DNA of 64,000 nt from Candidatus Poribacteria bacterium. Its GTDB lineage: Bacteria > Poribacteria > WGA-4E > GCA-2687025. How positions within the stretch are numbered: the stretch's first letter is position 1; the number at the start of each line of letters is the position of its first letter. This document shows, one piece after another, positions 42,883-52,664 of this stretch. The stretch is taken from positions 2,208,001 to 2,272,000 of the forward strand of contig OY762492.1 in NCBI GenBank assembly GCA_963665845.2. The letters run 5' to 3'. Below the pieces are notes generated by a model. That model searched no databases. It had not been told where the DNA came from and saw only the letters and a program-made list of their open reading frames with translations. A program made the translations under genes and the position numbers.

Positions 42883-42924
42883 ATGGCTAAGATTCCCGCT
42901 TGCGCGGGAAGGACGACAGTCTGC

Positions 42925-44358
42925 TTAAACAGGAAAGAGCGACGCGCCTCCGCCGCCCGACACAAACCGCGCCAAACCCGACGACGACAACCCAACGGTC
43001 AACGCCAGCGCGAGCGAATCGCCGTAGTCGGGGCTGCGCCCTAGACGCTTCCGCATCTCATCCTTGCTCTCCAGCTTGATCTGACCCTTCGACGAGTAGG
43101 CGTACCGCGCCGCCGTCAGGTCTTCCATCAGCCGCCCATGCCGCGGAACCGCGCCGCCGTTTCGCACCCATTCGCGCATTGTCCACCACATCTCGGCGCG
43201 CTTGTTTAAAAAACGAGCCTTGTCGAGAGCCGAGCTGCCCGCGTTCACCGCCGCGACCGGAACGCCCAACTCCCGCAGCCGATCCACCACGCCCCCGCCG
43301 ACCCCGATGTCGTCCACCGCGATGCGCTGAATTCCCAGATCGCTCTTCAAACGGGCGGCGCGCCCGGCGATTTCCATCGCGCTTCGCCCCCGCTCCTCTT
43401 CTATGCGCTCCACCCGATTTTCCGACGCCAGCGTGTAAACGGTCGCGTCCGATCCGTAGCGCGCCACATCGACGCCCATGCGCAGCGCGCTGTCCGCCTC
43501 CGCCGCTCCCGCCTCATAACGCTCCACCGCCTGCTCAACCCACTCCAGCGATATGAGCTGGTCGCTGGAAAGCTGCGGAAAGTAGCCCATCACTTTCGAC
43601 ATATATTCAGGGGAATCTTCGCCCCATTCGCGCGCCTTCTCCTCCACCCAGACAGGCGCGACGAGGCGCGACTTCAGCTCCTCCGAGACCGCCTCGTTCG
43701 TGAAATTCGGCGAGTCTAGACAGCCCATCCGCAGCACATTCCAAGCGTCCGAACGGCATGCGTCGTAAAAATGCCCCTGCCGTTCGGTCGGATTTCCGAT
43801 CATCAACATATGGGCGTCGCCCGCGCTCATGAGCGAATCGGCGCCCAGATACACCTCCCGCCGGACGCCCGGCGCCTCATCGATGACGACCAGCACATGT
43901 TTTTGGTGAAAGCCTTGAAAACGAACCCGATCCGCCGGCGAGATGCCGAGCGCGAACCAGTCGTCCTGTATCTGCAGGCGCGTTTGAGAGGCGGAGCCTG
44001 GGTAGTCCGCGGGCGCGAGCCTGTCCTTGTAGAGCGCGTTGATCTCGCTCCACAACAGCTGGCGCACCTGCGTCCATGTCGGCGCGGTGGTGATCACCTT
44101 GGAGGGTTGCCGCAGATACAGGAACGCCAGCGACGCCGCCGCCGACACAAACGTTTTGCCGACGCCATGCCCCGCCGGCACCGCCGTTCGGCGGTTTGAA
44201 AACACGGAGCGCAGCACCTCTTTTTGCCGACTCCACAGCTCCAGATTCATCGCCTCCGCCGCCCAGGACGCCGGGTCGTTTAACCATCGTTTGAGATTTT
44301 CGGGACCCGATCCTTTGCGTCCGGCATCGAAACATTTCAGATTCAGCTCCGTTGTCAT
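42925..44358 (-). CDS. terL: Phage terminase large subunit
   Basis: Walker A GHGVGKT, Walker B VVIDEA, IGNP coupling motif, nuclease GVDVARYGSD and RSPDYGDSL; strong AAGGAGGAGG RBS. Confidence 0.9.
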   Translation of the reverse strand: MTTELNLKCFDAGRKGSGPENLKRWLNDPASWAAEAMNLELWSRQKEVLRSVFSNRRTAVPAGHGVGKTFVSAAASLAFLYLRQPSKVITTAPTWTQVRQLLWSEINALYKDRLAPADYPGSASQTRLQIQDDWFALGISPADRVRFQGFHQKHVLVVIDEAPGVRREVYLGADSLMSAGDAHMLMIGNPTERQGHFYDACRSDAWNVLRMGCLDSPNFTNEAVSEELKSRLVAPVWVEEKAREWGEDSPEYMSKVMGYFPQLSSDQLISLEWVEQAVERYEAGAAEADSALRMGVDVARYGSDATVYTLASENRVERIEEERGRSAMEIAGRAARLKSDLGIQRIAVDDIGVGGGVVDRLRELGVPVAAVNAGSSALDKARFLNKRAEMWWTMREWVRNGGAVPRHGRLMEDLTAARYAYSSKGQIKLESKDEMRKRLGRSPDYGDSLALALTVGLSSSGLARFVSGGGGASLFPV

Positions 44359-44735
44359 TCGCCTCCTCCTTCGAACGACCTGATCAGCGCATTCATCGTT
44401 TTAATGAATTAACGAAGCCGGACGCCCGCTCCGCATTTCACCGCTCCATCTGCGCGGGGCTTTCTGGACTCCCCTTGAAAAAGGGGCAGGAGGGTTTTCT
44501 GGACTCCCCCTTGAAAAGGGGGGCTGGGGGGGTTTTCCGCGGGCGCGGACGTTGTCGGGTTCGCCTCTGGATTCCCGCTTACGCGGGAATGACGGTTTGG
44601 TTCGACAGCCGTCGCGCAAAATGAATATCATCGCCTGTAGAGACTGCCTCGCCGGCAGCATGCTTGCATTTTAAATTCGCTTATCGTATCATGAGAGCGG
44701 CGGAATCATCCGTCCGCAACTGAGGGAGTTACGCC

Positions 44736-45035
44736 ATGAACGACGACGTCAGATCGGAACTGTACGCGCTGATCCAAAAACTTGACGCCTACATTGCGCG
44801 GGAAGAACGCCTCGAAAATGCTATTGAGGCGAACAGAAACGCCATTGAGGTGAACAGAAACGCCATTGCGGAAAACAGAAAAGCCATTGAGAAAAACAGA
44901 GACGCCATTGAGCAGAATGGAAGGGCTATCGCGCGGCTCGAGGGAAAAATCGCCGGCAGCATTATCATCATCGGGCTAGCGGCAGGTCTACTGGGACCAC
45001 TGGTCATGGTGATCGTGAATCTGGTCAGCAAATAA
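44736..45035 (+). CDS. Small coiled-coil protein with 7-aa repeats and C-terminal TM
   Basis: NAIEANR/NAIEVNR/NAIAENR/KAIEKNR/DAIEQNG heptads encoded by 21-nt repeats; GGGAG RBS. Confidence 0.75.
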   Translation: MNDDVRSELYALIQKLDAYIAREERLENAIEANRNAIEVNRNAIAENRKAIEKNRDAIEQNGRAIARLEGKIAGSIIIIGLAAGLLGPLVMVIVNLVSK

Positions 45036-45117
45036 TGAAATTTCGCGGGCGCGGACGTTGTGGGTTCGACTCTGGATTCCCGCGCGTTTTACCGCAAGGG
45101 CGGGAATGACGAATTCA

Positions 45118-47991
45118 TTAGACGGCGAAGGGCGCGTCGGGGCGGGGCTTGCCGCCATGGACAGACGGCTCCGCCGCCCACTTCGCCGACAGCTCCCGCA
45201 CAGCGGCATGGGCAGACTCGTCGAAGCCAAGCAGCTCGCATAAGACAGCGCGGTCCAGATCGGCGCGCGTCTGGTCAAGGTCAGCGATATACGCCGGCTT
45301 GAAATCGCGCTCTCGGAAGCGGTTGAATATCTCCTCGGCGAGCGACAGCTGATCGTCCGATAAGACGCGCAGGTCTAGCGTCGGGAGCAATTCAAGCGCG
45401 CGGATCGTAATGCGTCCGCGCCCCCTATGCTGACGGCTGGATCGCCACCAGTGCATGATCAGACCAAGAGTACTGTTGCCCCATAATGTAAACGCGAAAT
45501 CAAGACGATTGTTTTCGAAACGAATGCTTTTCCATGCGCTTCCGCCCATCGCTATTCGCTCTGTAAATGCGACAGATAACGGCTGTGAGTTGTATTGAAA
45601 ATCCTCATTGTGGTGGCATCGGCTAGCGGTTGCCGCTTTTTTCCTTGCCTGCTTTTCCATGCCTTGCCGCGCATGCAGTTGCGAGTCAGGTTCGCAGATG
45701 ATTTTCGTTTCTTTCTTGGCGTCATGGCTATAAAGCGAAGGGTATGTCGCCGTCGGGCTGGGGCGGCCTCTAGTAAAAGGGCCTCTAGGCGGAGGATCCG
45801 TTAAATCGCGGTGCGGGAGTCCTCGACTGCCGATTTGCTTAAGCGGAACCATCGGAATTTCAATCGGATCAAGGAGGCCTGGCAGCCATAGAGTAGAATT
45901 CGTTAGCGCATAAGCGGCTTGCGCTACGGAATAATCCACAATGCGCGAAAGCTCCCAAGCGCCGCCGTCAGCGCGAATAGGCGCGGTCAGCATTTCCCCT
46001 TCTCGATCTTCTCCGACCAATGCCGGCGCGCCGCCGTACGGGCCGTCTTCCAGACGCCGAACAGAGTCTGCAAATGCAATGCGCCTTCCGAGCTCTGACG
46101 CATGCGCAAAATTCTGCGGGCGTCGTCTTAGAGAGGTGAAGCGCGCGGCGTTTGAATGCAATTCATGATGCGGCGCTTTTTTGCGCGCCACGATCAAGCA
46201 TTCCGCCATGCCGGTATCCGCCGAAAAAGATGCGTCGTTCGTATGCGCCGAGGCGATGCTCAGAATGTCAATATCAACATAATTGCTTGCCAGCATTGCC
46301 CGCATTTTTTTCCATGATTGACCAGAAACGGCGCTCAACGGCAAAACGAGAGCCATGACCCCGCCCGGCTTCAGTTTGATATCGCCCAGCGCCGCGAACG
46401 CCGAGGCGATGCCCGCATTTCTAAAATAGCAGGTGTCGCTCTTGAACCTGTTCATCCGATCCCACATCTCCTTTTGCTCTTCAGCGGATGCTTCGAAGGC
46501 GGCAAAGGTTCCTGTTCGGGTGAACGGCGGGTTCATGATGACAAGGTCGAACGACTCATCCTTCATCTCAACGTTGATGCGGGTTGCTGTTTCTTCGCCG
46601 TGTCTGCCGGTACGTTTGCCTGGGTCGGTCGTGTTGAAAAGCGTATCGACGCTGCTGTTCGTCAGCAGTTCCAGCGAACCGAGTCTGACCGTATTGTCCG
46701 CTTGTCTGCCGTATGGCACCGTATAGACGCGCGAGTCGCCGTAGTCGATTTCAGGTCTGGCGCCGGAGAGCGTCGCGCTCGTGATATGGACGGCGGACGG
46801 CATGACGTCCGCGCCATGCAGAACCTTCTCCATCATGACAGGGTGGAGGTTGTTGAGCGTTCCGCCCGCGCGTTCGTGCAGCGCGGCGATTCGATCATAG
46901 ACGGCGGAGAGCAGCGCGCCTGTTCCGCATGCGAAGTCGGCGATCTTGAGCCGTTCTATCGATTCGCGGAATTTCCATTCGACGCCGCGCAGTTTACTGA
47001 CGGCAAGCCTTGCAAGCAGGGCGGCGGAATAGGGGCGGGTGTAGAAGGTGGCGAGGTATTTGCGGTCGGAGATCAGCCGTTGAAAAACGCGCCCCGTCAG
47101 CTCATGCGCGTTCGTGATATGCTCGCCCTGCGCCGCATACCGCAGCTCCTTCAGTACGCTGGCGGCGAGTCCAGCAGGCATTTGAGTCAGAATGTCTTGC
47201 GCGATGGCGAAGATCGGGTAGTAATTGATCTTGAGTATCTCGTCCCACGCTTCCAGCGTGTCCAGTTTTATGCTTTGCGTATCGTTTCGGCATATCGCTG
47301 TGAACGGCGTTATTTTGGGATGCATGCCGGCGATGCGTTCGTGGAAGGCAAGGGCGTTTGCGATGATGGCGCATGCCATTCGGCGCGTTTGCGGGACGTT
47401 CGACATGCCGAGCAGCCGCGCGGTTTCTTTGGAGATTTCGGGTCGCGTTTGGGCGTCTTCGTCCATGACGAGAGCCGCTGTCTCAATGCCGCTTTCCAAC
47501 GCTTCGGCGGCTCTGTCCACCTCCTTTTGCGGAACGGAGATCATGCGCACCAGATCGGACAGATCCTCCGCTGTCCCTTCCAGCCATCCGGTTTCGGGAA
47601 AGCGTATCGGCTCCTCCATTGACCCGCGCGCGTCTTCTTGAAAGAAGCAATACTTGAGAATTGCCTGATTTATCTCCGCCTTGAGGTCGTCCGCCGTTTC
47701 CAGCGTTTCTGGATAGATCAGCGCGACAACGGCTTCCACCGGGCGCGTTTGCCCTTCCAGTTTGGCGCCGAGCCGCTGCTTCGCTTCCTTTTCCACATCC
47801 CGGGCGGGTTCGTATTCCGCCTCGATGATGACGGGGGAGCGTCCGCTGGCGGCAATGAATATGTCAGGTCTCCGCGCTTTTGCCTCGCGCAGTACGTCGG
47901 TGTTTTCTGCCTTGATGCCGCTCTTGGGCGCCATCTCCTGCAGGATGTCGGCGAGAACGTAGTTCAGGCTGGTTTCTATGTGGCGCGCCAT
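45118..47991 (-). CDS. Type IIG-like restriction-modification enzyme (nuclease-MTase-TRD fusion)
   Basis: N-terminal RPDI...IIEAE; FYT, DFACGTG, NPPF; long C-terminal TRD-like region. Confidence 0.82.
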   Translation of the reverse strand: MARHIETSLNYVLADILQEMAPKSGIKAENTDVLREAKARRPDIFIAASGRSPVIIEAEYEPARDVEKEAKQRLGAKLEGQTRPVEAVVALIYPETLETADDLKAEINQAILKYCFFQEDARGSMEEPIRFPETGWLEGTAEDLSDLVRMISVPQKEVDRAAEALESGIETAALVMDEDAQTRPEISKETARLLGMSNVPQTRRMACAIIANALAFHERIAGMHPKITPFTAICRNDTQSIKLDTLEAWDEILKINYYPIFAIAQDILTQMPAGLAASVLKELRYAAQGEHITNAHELTGRVFQRLISDRKYLATFYTRPYSAALLARLAVSKLRGVEWKFRESIERLKIADFACGTGALLSAVYDRIAALHERAGGTLNNLHPVMMEKVLHGADVMPSAVHITSATLSGARPEIDYGDSRVYTVPYGRQADNTVRLGSLELLTNSSVDTLFNTTDPGKRTGRHGEETATRINVEMKDESFDLVIMNPPFTRTGTFAAFEASAEEQKEMWDRMNRFKSDTCYFRNAGIASAFAALGDIKLKPGGVMALVLPLSAVSGQSWKKMRAMLASNYVDIDILSIASAHTNDASFSADTGMAECLIVARKKAPHHELHSNAARFTSLRRRPQNFAHASELGRRIAFADSVRRLEDGPYGGAPALVGEDREGEMLTAPIRADGGAWELSRIVDYSVAQAAYALTNSTLWLPGLLDPIEIPMVPLKQIGSRGLPHRDLTDPPPRGPFTRGRPSPTATYPSLYSHDAKKETKIICEPDSQLHARQGMEKQARKKAATASRCHHNEDFQYNSQPLSVAFTERIAMGGSAWKSIRFENNRLDFAFTLWGNSTLGLIMHWWRSSRQHRGRGRITIRALELLPTLDLRVLSDDQLSLAEEIFNRFRERDFKPAYIADLDQTRADLDRAVLCELLGFDESAHAAVRELSAKWAAEPSVHGGKPRPDAPFAV

Positions 47992-48160
47992 GCGTTTCTC
48001 CGCGTTGTTTGCGTTTGCCTGCGGTGTAATGTGCGCCGTTTGCGCCGTTTTGTCAAGGGCGGACGCGGCTCCCCCTTGAAAATGGGGGCTGGGGTTTTTA
48101 GCCGTGCGGGAGAACGAAAAGGGGCGTCAACGCATGACGCCCCTTCAAATTTGCTGCCAA

Positions 48161-48355
48161 TCAAGATAGCAAAATCTTGAGAATTAACACCAAAATCGGC
48201 ATGGCAGCGACAATTATCTGCCATTTACTACCAAAACCTTTCGAGTTGCAAAGGTTTATCGTATTGTTGTCGCCTTCTACATAAATACTACGGATGTTTG
48301 GATCGTCAATATTTAACATGTTGCCATCTCCTTGTACAAAAACTTCTTTATCCAC
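48161..48355 (-). CDS. Small AT-rich hypothetical protein with C-terminal TM
   Basis: VQGDGN/VEGDNN repeats, hydrophobic C-terminus, AGGAG RBS. Confidence 0.45.
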   Translation of the reverse strand: MDKEVFVQGDGNMLNIDDPNIRSIYVEGDNNTINLCNSKGFGSKWQIIVAAMPILVLILKILLS

Positions 48356-48654
48356 AATATACTCCTAAAATTAATAAACAATTGGTTGCGTAATTCAGTA
48401 CTTACCTTTTTGCTTAGAATTTCATTTCTGACCTCCAATCTAAATTCTGTTTGCATGGATTCCTCCGTGTCAGCGTACCTGGAAAGCAGAATGTACTTTC
48501 CGGGTACAATTTTGTTCGTACTCGCTAAGCCCGTGGCTACGGAGCCTCCGACTAGCGTTTTTTCAACATGCGACATACGCTCAACCCACCCTGTACCTAC
48601 ATACGAATCGAACCTTTGGACGGTTACACCAATTTTCTCAGTTTCCCAAACCAA
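48313..48654 (-). CDS. AT-rich hypothetical ORF, possibly a gene fragment
   Basis: 113-aa ORF with TTG start inside a low-GC patch. Confidence 0.35.
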   Translation of the reverse strand: MVWETEKIGVTVQRFDSYVGTGWVERMSHVEKTLVGGSVATGLASTNKIVPGKYILLSRYADTEESMQTEFRLEVRNEILSKKVSTELRNQLFINFRSILWIKKFLYKEMATC

Positions 48655-48791
48655 CTCCCTTCATGTAAGGCATCAAGCCACGCGCTCAGCTCAGAATATC
48701 GCCGACACAGCCCCTTCGGGTCGTCTGCGAATCTGGCGTTTGCGTCGTTCATGACGCCGCCTAAATTGCGCATCTCCAACAACTACTCCCT

Positions 48792-48820
48792 ATTATACCC
48801 CCTATTCCGCAGAAAGTCAA
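48792..48820 (-). promoter_or_regulatory. Near-consensus sigma70 promoter
   Basis: Minus strand TTGACT-17 nt-TATAAT facing the low-GC ORFs. Confidence 0.65.
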
Positions 48821-49112
48821 ATTTATTTCGCCGAATCTCCTAAGATTCCCGCTTGCGCGGGAATGCATGTCCTCGCGGAAGCGGGGAACGGCCTGGTAAG
48901 CGGCGCCTTTTCCCATGAATAGACAGATCGTCGGTTCAAATGTCCCAACTTTAGGCGCGAGGTCGGCCAGGCGCTGTTGAAGGGGGCGGTTTTAGACGTT
49001 ATAATTGAGAACGCTGCCCCGCTTTTAGACTCGCGGCGCGAGGGCGGTTCTGAAGCGGCGGTCTTGGCGGGCTGCGCTGGATTGCTCATGTCTGAACGAC
49101 AGGAGACGCGCC

Positions 49113-49355
49113 ATGTTGATTTGTTTCATCTCGGTTCTGACGCTTGCATGCGCGGCGTATCTGGCGTTCCGCCTTCGTCAATTTCAACAATGGAAATCTG
49201 AAAGCGAATTGTGCGCGCAGATGCAGCGAGAGATTGATCAACTGAAATCGATCGTCTCCGACCTGGTAATTGACGCCAACCGAAAGGCGGAATCCACCCC
49301 CAATCAAGATAGCGGCTCGGCTCAACCCGAACGCGATCCTGAAGAGGAGGCGTAG
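49113..49355 (+). CDS. Small membrane protein (TM + coiled coil)
   Basis: AGGAG RBS; EIDQLKSIVSDLVID resembles the 19882/20159 proteins. Confidence 0.6.
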   Translation: MLICFISVLTLACAAYLAFRLRQFQQWKSESELCAQMQREIDQLKSIVSDLVIDANRKAESTPNQDSGSAQPERDPEEEA

Positions 49356-49362
49356 CGCATTC

Positions 49363-49989
49363 ATGTTTTTTTGGCAAGAAGAAGGCTACGGCGGCGGATA
49401 CACTCCGCCAAGAAACAGAAAGCCGGATACGCTTTGGAATGATCTTGGCGATGACGACGACGGGGACTACCAAGGCTGCTTATCGATATTTGGCTTCCTG
49501 CTCGGCGTCGCCGTCTTCGTGGTGGCCGTTGTCGTCGCGATCGCCATTGCGATCTCCATTGCCATTGCAATCGCCATTGGAGCGGTCCTATTTTGGGCGG
49601 GAAAACGGTATCTAGTACCCGCCTTGATTCGGTTCGTTGAATGGCTGCTCGTCGAGAACGATGAGGGGAAACGGGAACGCTTGGTCGGCTTCTTGATCAT
49701 TTCTCTCCCGGCGCTTTTTCTATCGGCGCTTCATTTTTTTCATGCGCGCGCCGCATTTCACTGGGGCTTTTTTGGGCTGGCCGCGTCGTTCGTTCTTATC
49801 GGCGAAGCGTTCGCTTTTCTAAGGCGGAAGACAGATCGAACGGAGCCTGAAGAGATACGCGGGCAACTTGATCAGCTGTATTATGAGCTGCGTTCGATCC
49901 AGCGGACGAGCGTTTATGCTGACGGCGCTGACGAAGAAGCGGAAGCGGAATACCGCCGAGAGCCGCCCGAAGGAAGCGAAACAGGTTGA
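49363..49989 (+). CDS. Hypothetical multi-TM membrane protein
   Basis: GAGGAGG RBS; about three hydrophobic segments including an IAIAISIAIAIAI run. Confidence 0.6.
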   Translation: MFFWQEEGYGGGYTPPRNRKPDTLWNDLGDDDDGDYQGCLSIFGFLLGVAVFVVAVVVAIAIAISIAIAIAIGAVLFWAGKRYLVPALIRFVEWLLVENDEGKRERLVGFLIISLPALFLSALHFFHARAAFHWGFFGLAASFVLIGEAFAFLRRKTDRTEPEEIRGQLDQLYYELRSIQRTSVYADGADEEAEAEYRREPPEGSETG

Positions 49990-50888
49990 AGACGCGCCGC
50001 CGTCTGTGGCTTGCGTTCGGATGCGCCGCGTGCGTTGCCATGTGCGTTGCCATGGGCGCCGCCGCGCAGCAGATGCGCATCGAGTCGGCTGTCTTGCGCC
50101 CCGCCGGCCCGTATGCTGTCGGCGATCGGATCGAATTGCGGGTTTTGATAAACGCGCCGGCGGCGGTTCGCCCTGAAGCGGTCGCTCCGAACGATTCCAG
50201 CGCGGCGTCGTATGGGGTTCCTGCTGTCGCGCGCCTTGCTACCGGCGAATGGGAAGCGGTTATGCCGTTTCAGATTTTTCGCGTCGGGGCGTATTCGCTC
50301 GATTCGTTCTGGATTGCGGCGGACGGACAGCGGATCGAGATCAACCCTGGGACGATTGAGATTCGGTCGATACGTTCCGGCGCGGACGCCGATATTTTAA
50401 AAGACCCAAAACCGCCTGCGGAGCTTCCCCGCCCTTGGAGCCATGCAGTTTACTGGACGCTTGGTCTTCTTCTGGCGGGAAGCGCCGTTTTCTGGGCGGC
50501 GCGCCGCCGGCGGACGGCGGAAGAAACCGCCCCTCCGCCTCCGCCGCCTGAATCGCCGGAGGAACGGCTTGAGCGCGAGTTGTCCCGTCTCGAAGCGCGG
50601 CTGGACGAAGGAAACGATCCGCCCGGCATGGTCTATGCGGACGCGGCGGACGCGCTGCGCGTTTATCTTGCGCGGCGAACGTCTGTCCCGGCGCCGCGCC
50701 TCGCCAGCTCATCGACTTTGGCGCGGCTGGACGATGTCTTAACAAAAACCGCCCGCGCCGACCTGTCCGCCATGCTGCGCGAAGCGGACCGCGTCAAGTT
50801 TGCGGCAAGCGCCCCGGACGCCGACGCCGAACGGGCAGGCATAGAGGCGGCGCGCCGAGTCGCCGCCCGCCTCTCCCCCGACGCATAA
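49986..50888 (+). CDS. BatD-like/DUF4381-like membrane protein
   Basis: Signal peptide, Ig-like region, single TM, poly-Pro, ADRVKFA motif. Confidence 0.65.
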   Translation: MKTRRRLWLAFGCAACVAMCVAMGAAAQQMRIESAVLRPAGPYAVGDRIELRVLINAPAAVRPEAVAPNDSSAASYGVPAVARLATGEWEAVMPFQIFRVGAYSLDSFWIAADGQRIEINPGTIEIRSIRSGADADILKDPKPPAELPRPWSHAVYWTLGLLLAGSAVFWAARRRRTAEETAPPPPPPESPEERLERELSRLEARLDEGNDPPGMVYADAADALRVYLARRTSVPAPRLASSSTLARLDDVLTKTARADLSAMLREADRVKFAASAPDADAERAGIEAARRVAARLSPDA

Positions 50889-50896
50889 GCGGGCGT

Positions 50897-52258
50897 TTAT
50901 GATGCGTCGGAACGGTCGATCCGCCGCAGCGCTGTCATCGACTGAATCTGGCGGTTGCGTTCCCAACGGAGGCGGCGCGACCGCTCATAATGCATATGCG
51001 CCTCGCTCGGACGTCTGTAGACGGCAAAGTAATCGAACCGCGTTGAGGTCGGCGGGATGTTGCCAGGGCAGAGCGCATGAAGCCCGACCATGACGGTTCC
51101 GGTCATTCCGCTGATCGTTTCGCCGGTGGACATCCATTTGATCCCGTCGCCGCTGGCGAAGCCTCGGAACCGGTTGCCGTCCCGTTCAAGCCTTAGGTAG
51201 AGATGCTTCGTCCGCTGCAGCCCGGCTCCTCTTCCGACAAGGCGGTATCCGCCGCTGAAATGCCGCTCAAATCGGACGTCGCCCCTGAAAGGATGCGCGC
51301 CGGAGGTTTTTTCAAGCCGCAGAAACGCCCACGGACCTTTCCATACCAGCAGCCCGCCATGCTCCCGCAGCTGCGATGTGACCGGCATGCGCGTTTCGAT
51401 GGTGAAGTTGCCCTGTATCGGCTGAATGAGCCGCGGCGCGTCGTAGTTGGCGCCGTGCCACAGGTCGACGCCGGAGTCGACATTCATCTGCAGGTAGCCC
51501 TGATGCTCCGTCCATTGCCCGTGTCCGCGCGGGTCTTCCCATTCCCAGGCGTCGTCCATTCCCATCTGGTCAAACTCGTCCATGAAAACGGACTGCGAGA
51601 ACTCGGTGGAGCTTGTCCATCCTTCGATTCGGACGGAGGAGATTTTTTTGTCAAACTGCTCAGGCAGCAGGCGCATGTCGTTCACTTCGATGACCGAGTC
51701 GCGCGGCAGCACCTCGATGGGAAGCGAGGCGCCTCCAAAGTCGATATGCTCGTAGAAGATCACCTTGCAGCCGGTTGGGGGGAAGTTCGGTCCTTTGATG
51801 ATGCGGAACGAGCGGATGTTGTCCTGCATTCCGACGTCGCGCGTGAAGGCGATGTCGCGCAGAATGGTGATGCGCCGCCCTCGGAAATTCGGCTGCGGAT
51901 ACACCTGGACGACGACAGGGACGGTACCCCATTCCGGACCTGTTTGGGAGAGGTCGGAGCCGAAATTGACCGACGAGATGCGGTCGGAAAAGTTGAAGGC
52001 GATGTCATGTATGTTCGGATAGAAGCCAGGGCCGAGGCTCAACTTGCGTCCGCGGAAGTCGCGGTGTTCATAGAACAAGGCTCTGTAGTTGGGCGCTTCG
52101 GCGAAGGAGGGGCCTTTATACACCTTGACGGAGGAGATGTTGTCTTGGAACCCCATGGAGCGGGTGAACCGCACCGGCTCTAAGATGGTGTTGCTTCGGC
52201 CGCCGTAGTTGACATGTTCAAACACCTCAAGGATGAGGCGGGGGACGATATAGGACAT
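50897..52258 (-). CDS. Beta/gamma-crystallin repeat protein with C-terminal concanavalin-like (DUF1349-like) domain
   Basis: Four Greek-key motifs (FEHVNYGG..DNISSVKV; YEHRDFRG..DRISSV; YPQPNFRG..DNIRSF; YEHIDFGG..KKISSV), then APRL..GNFTIET..GLL..YLRLERDG. Confidence 0.8.
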   Translation of the reverse strand: MSYIVPRLILEVFEHVNYGGRSNTILEPVRFTRSMGFQDNISSVKVYKGPSFAEAPNYRALFYEHRDFRGRKLSLGPGFYPNIHDIAFNFSDRISSVNFGSDLSQTGPEWGTVPVVVQVYPQPNFRGRRITILRDIAFTRDVGMQDNIRSFRIIKGPNFPPTGCKVIFYEHIDFGGASLPIEVLPRDSVIEVNDMRLLPEQFDKKISSVRIEGWTSSTEFSQSVFMDEFDQMGMDDAWEWEDPRGHGQWTEHQGYLQMNVDSGVDLWHGANYDAPRLIQPIQGNFTIETRMPVTSQLREHGGLLVWKGPWAFLRLEKTSGAHPFRGDVRFERHFSGGYRLVGRGAGLQRTKHLYLRLERDGNRFRGFASGDGIKWMSTGETISGMTGTVMVGLHALCPGNIPPTSTRFDYFAVYRRPSEAHMHYERSRRLRWERNRQIQSMTALRRIDRSDAS

Positions 52259-52664
52259 TGCATACGCCTTTCTATTCCGCGCTGATATAAGCATCATACC
52301 CGATGAGGCTGAGCATGTCAACAAGCGCTGTCGTCGGGGCAGTCTCTATAGGCGGCGATGTACGAAAATCCTGTTTGAGTCGGGCTACTCGTCTCGGGCG
52401 CGGCTAAAACCCCCCCAGCCCCCCTTTTCAAGGGGGGAGTCTAGAAACCCGCGCCCTACCTGCTGTCGTAAGGGATCGTCATTCCCGCGCAAGCGGGAAT
52501 CTAGAGGCGCCGCAGACGACGTTCGCGTTCACATCCAGCGTTGTCCCAACTTTAAGGATAAGCTCGGGCATCCTCGTCGGTAGAGGCTGCCTTTCTGGAT
52601 TAACCCTTGACCCGCCGCCCGCCCCCTTATACGCTATGAAAACCGACCGAAAATGGAGAGCCGT

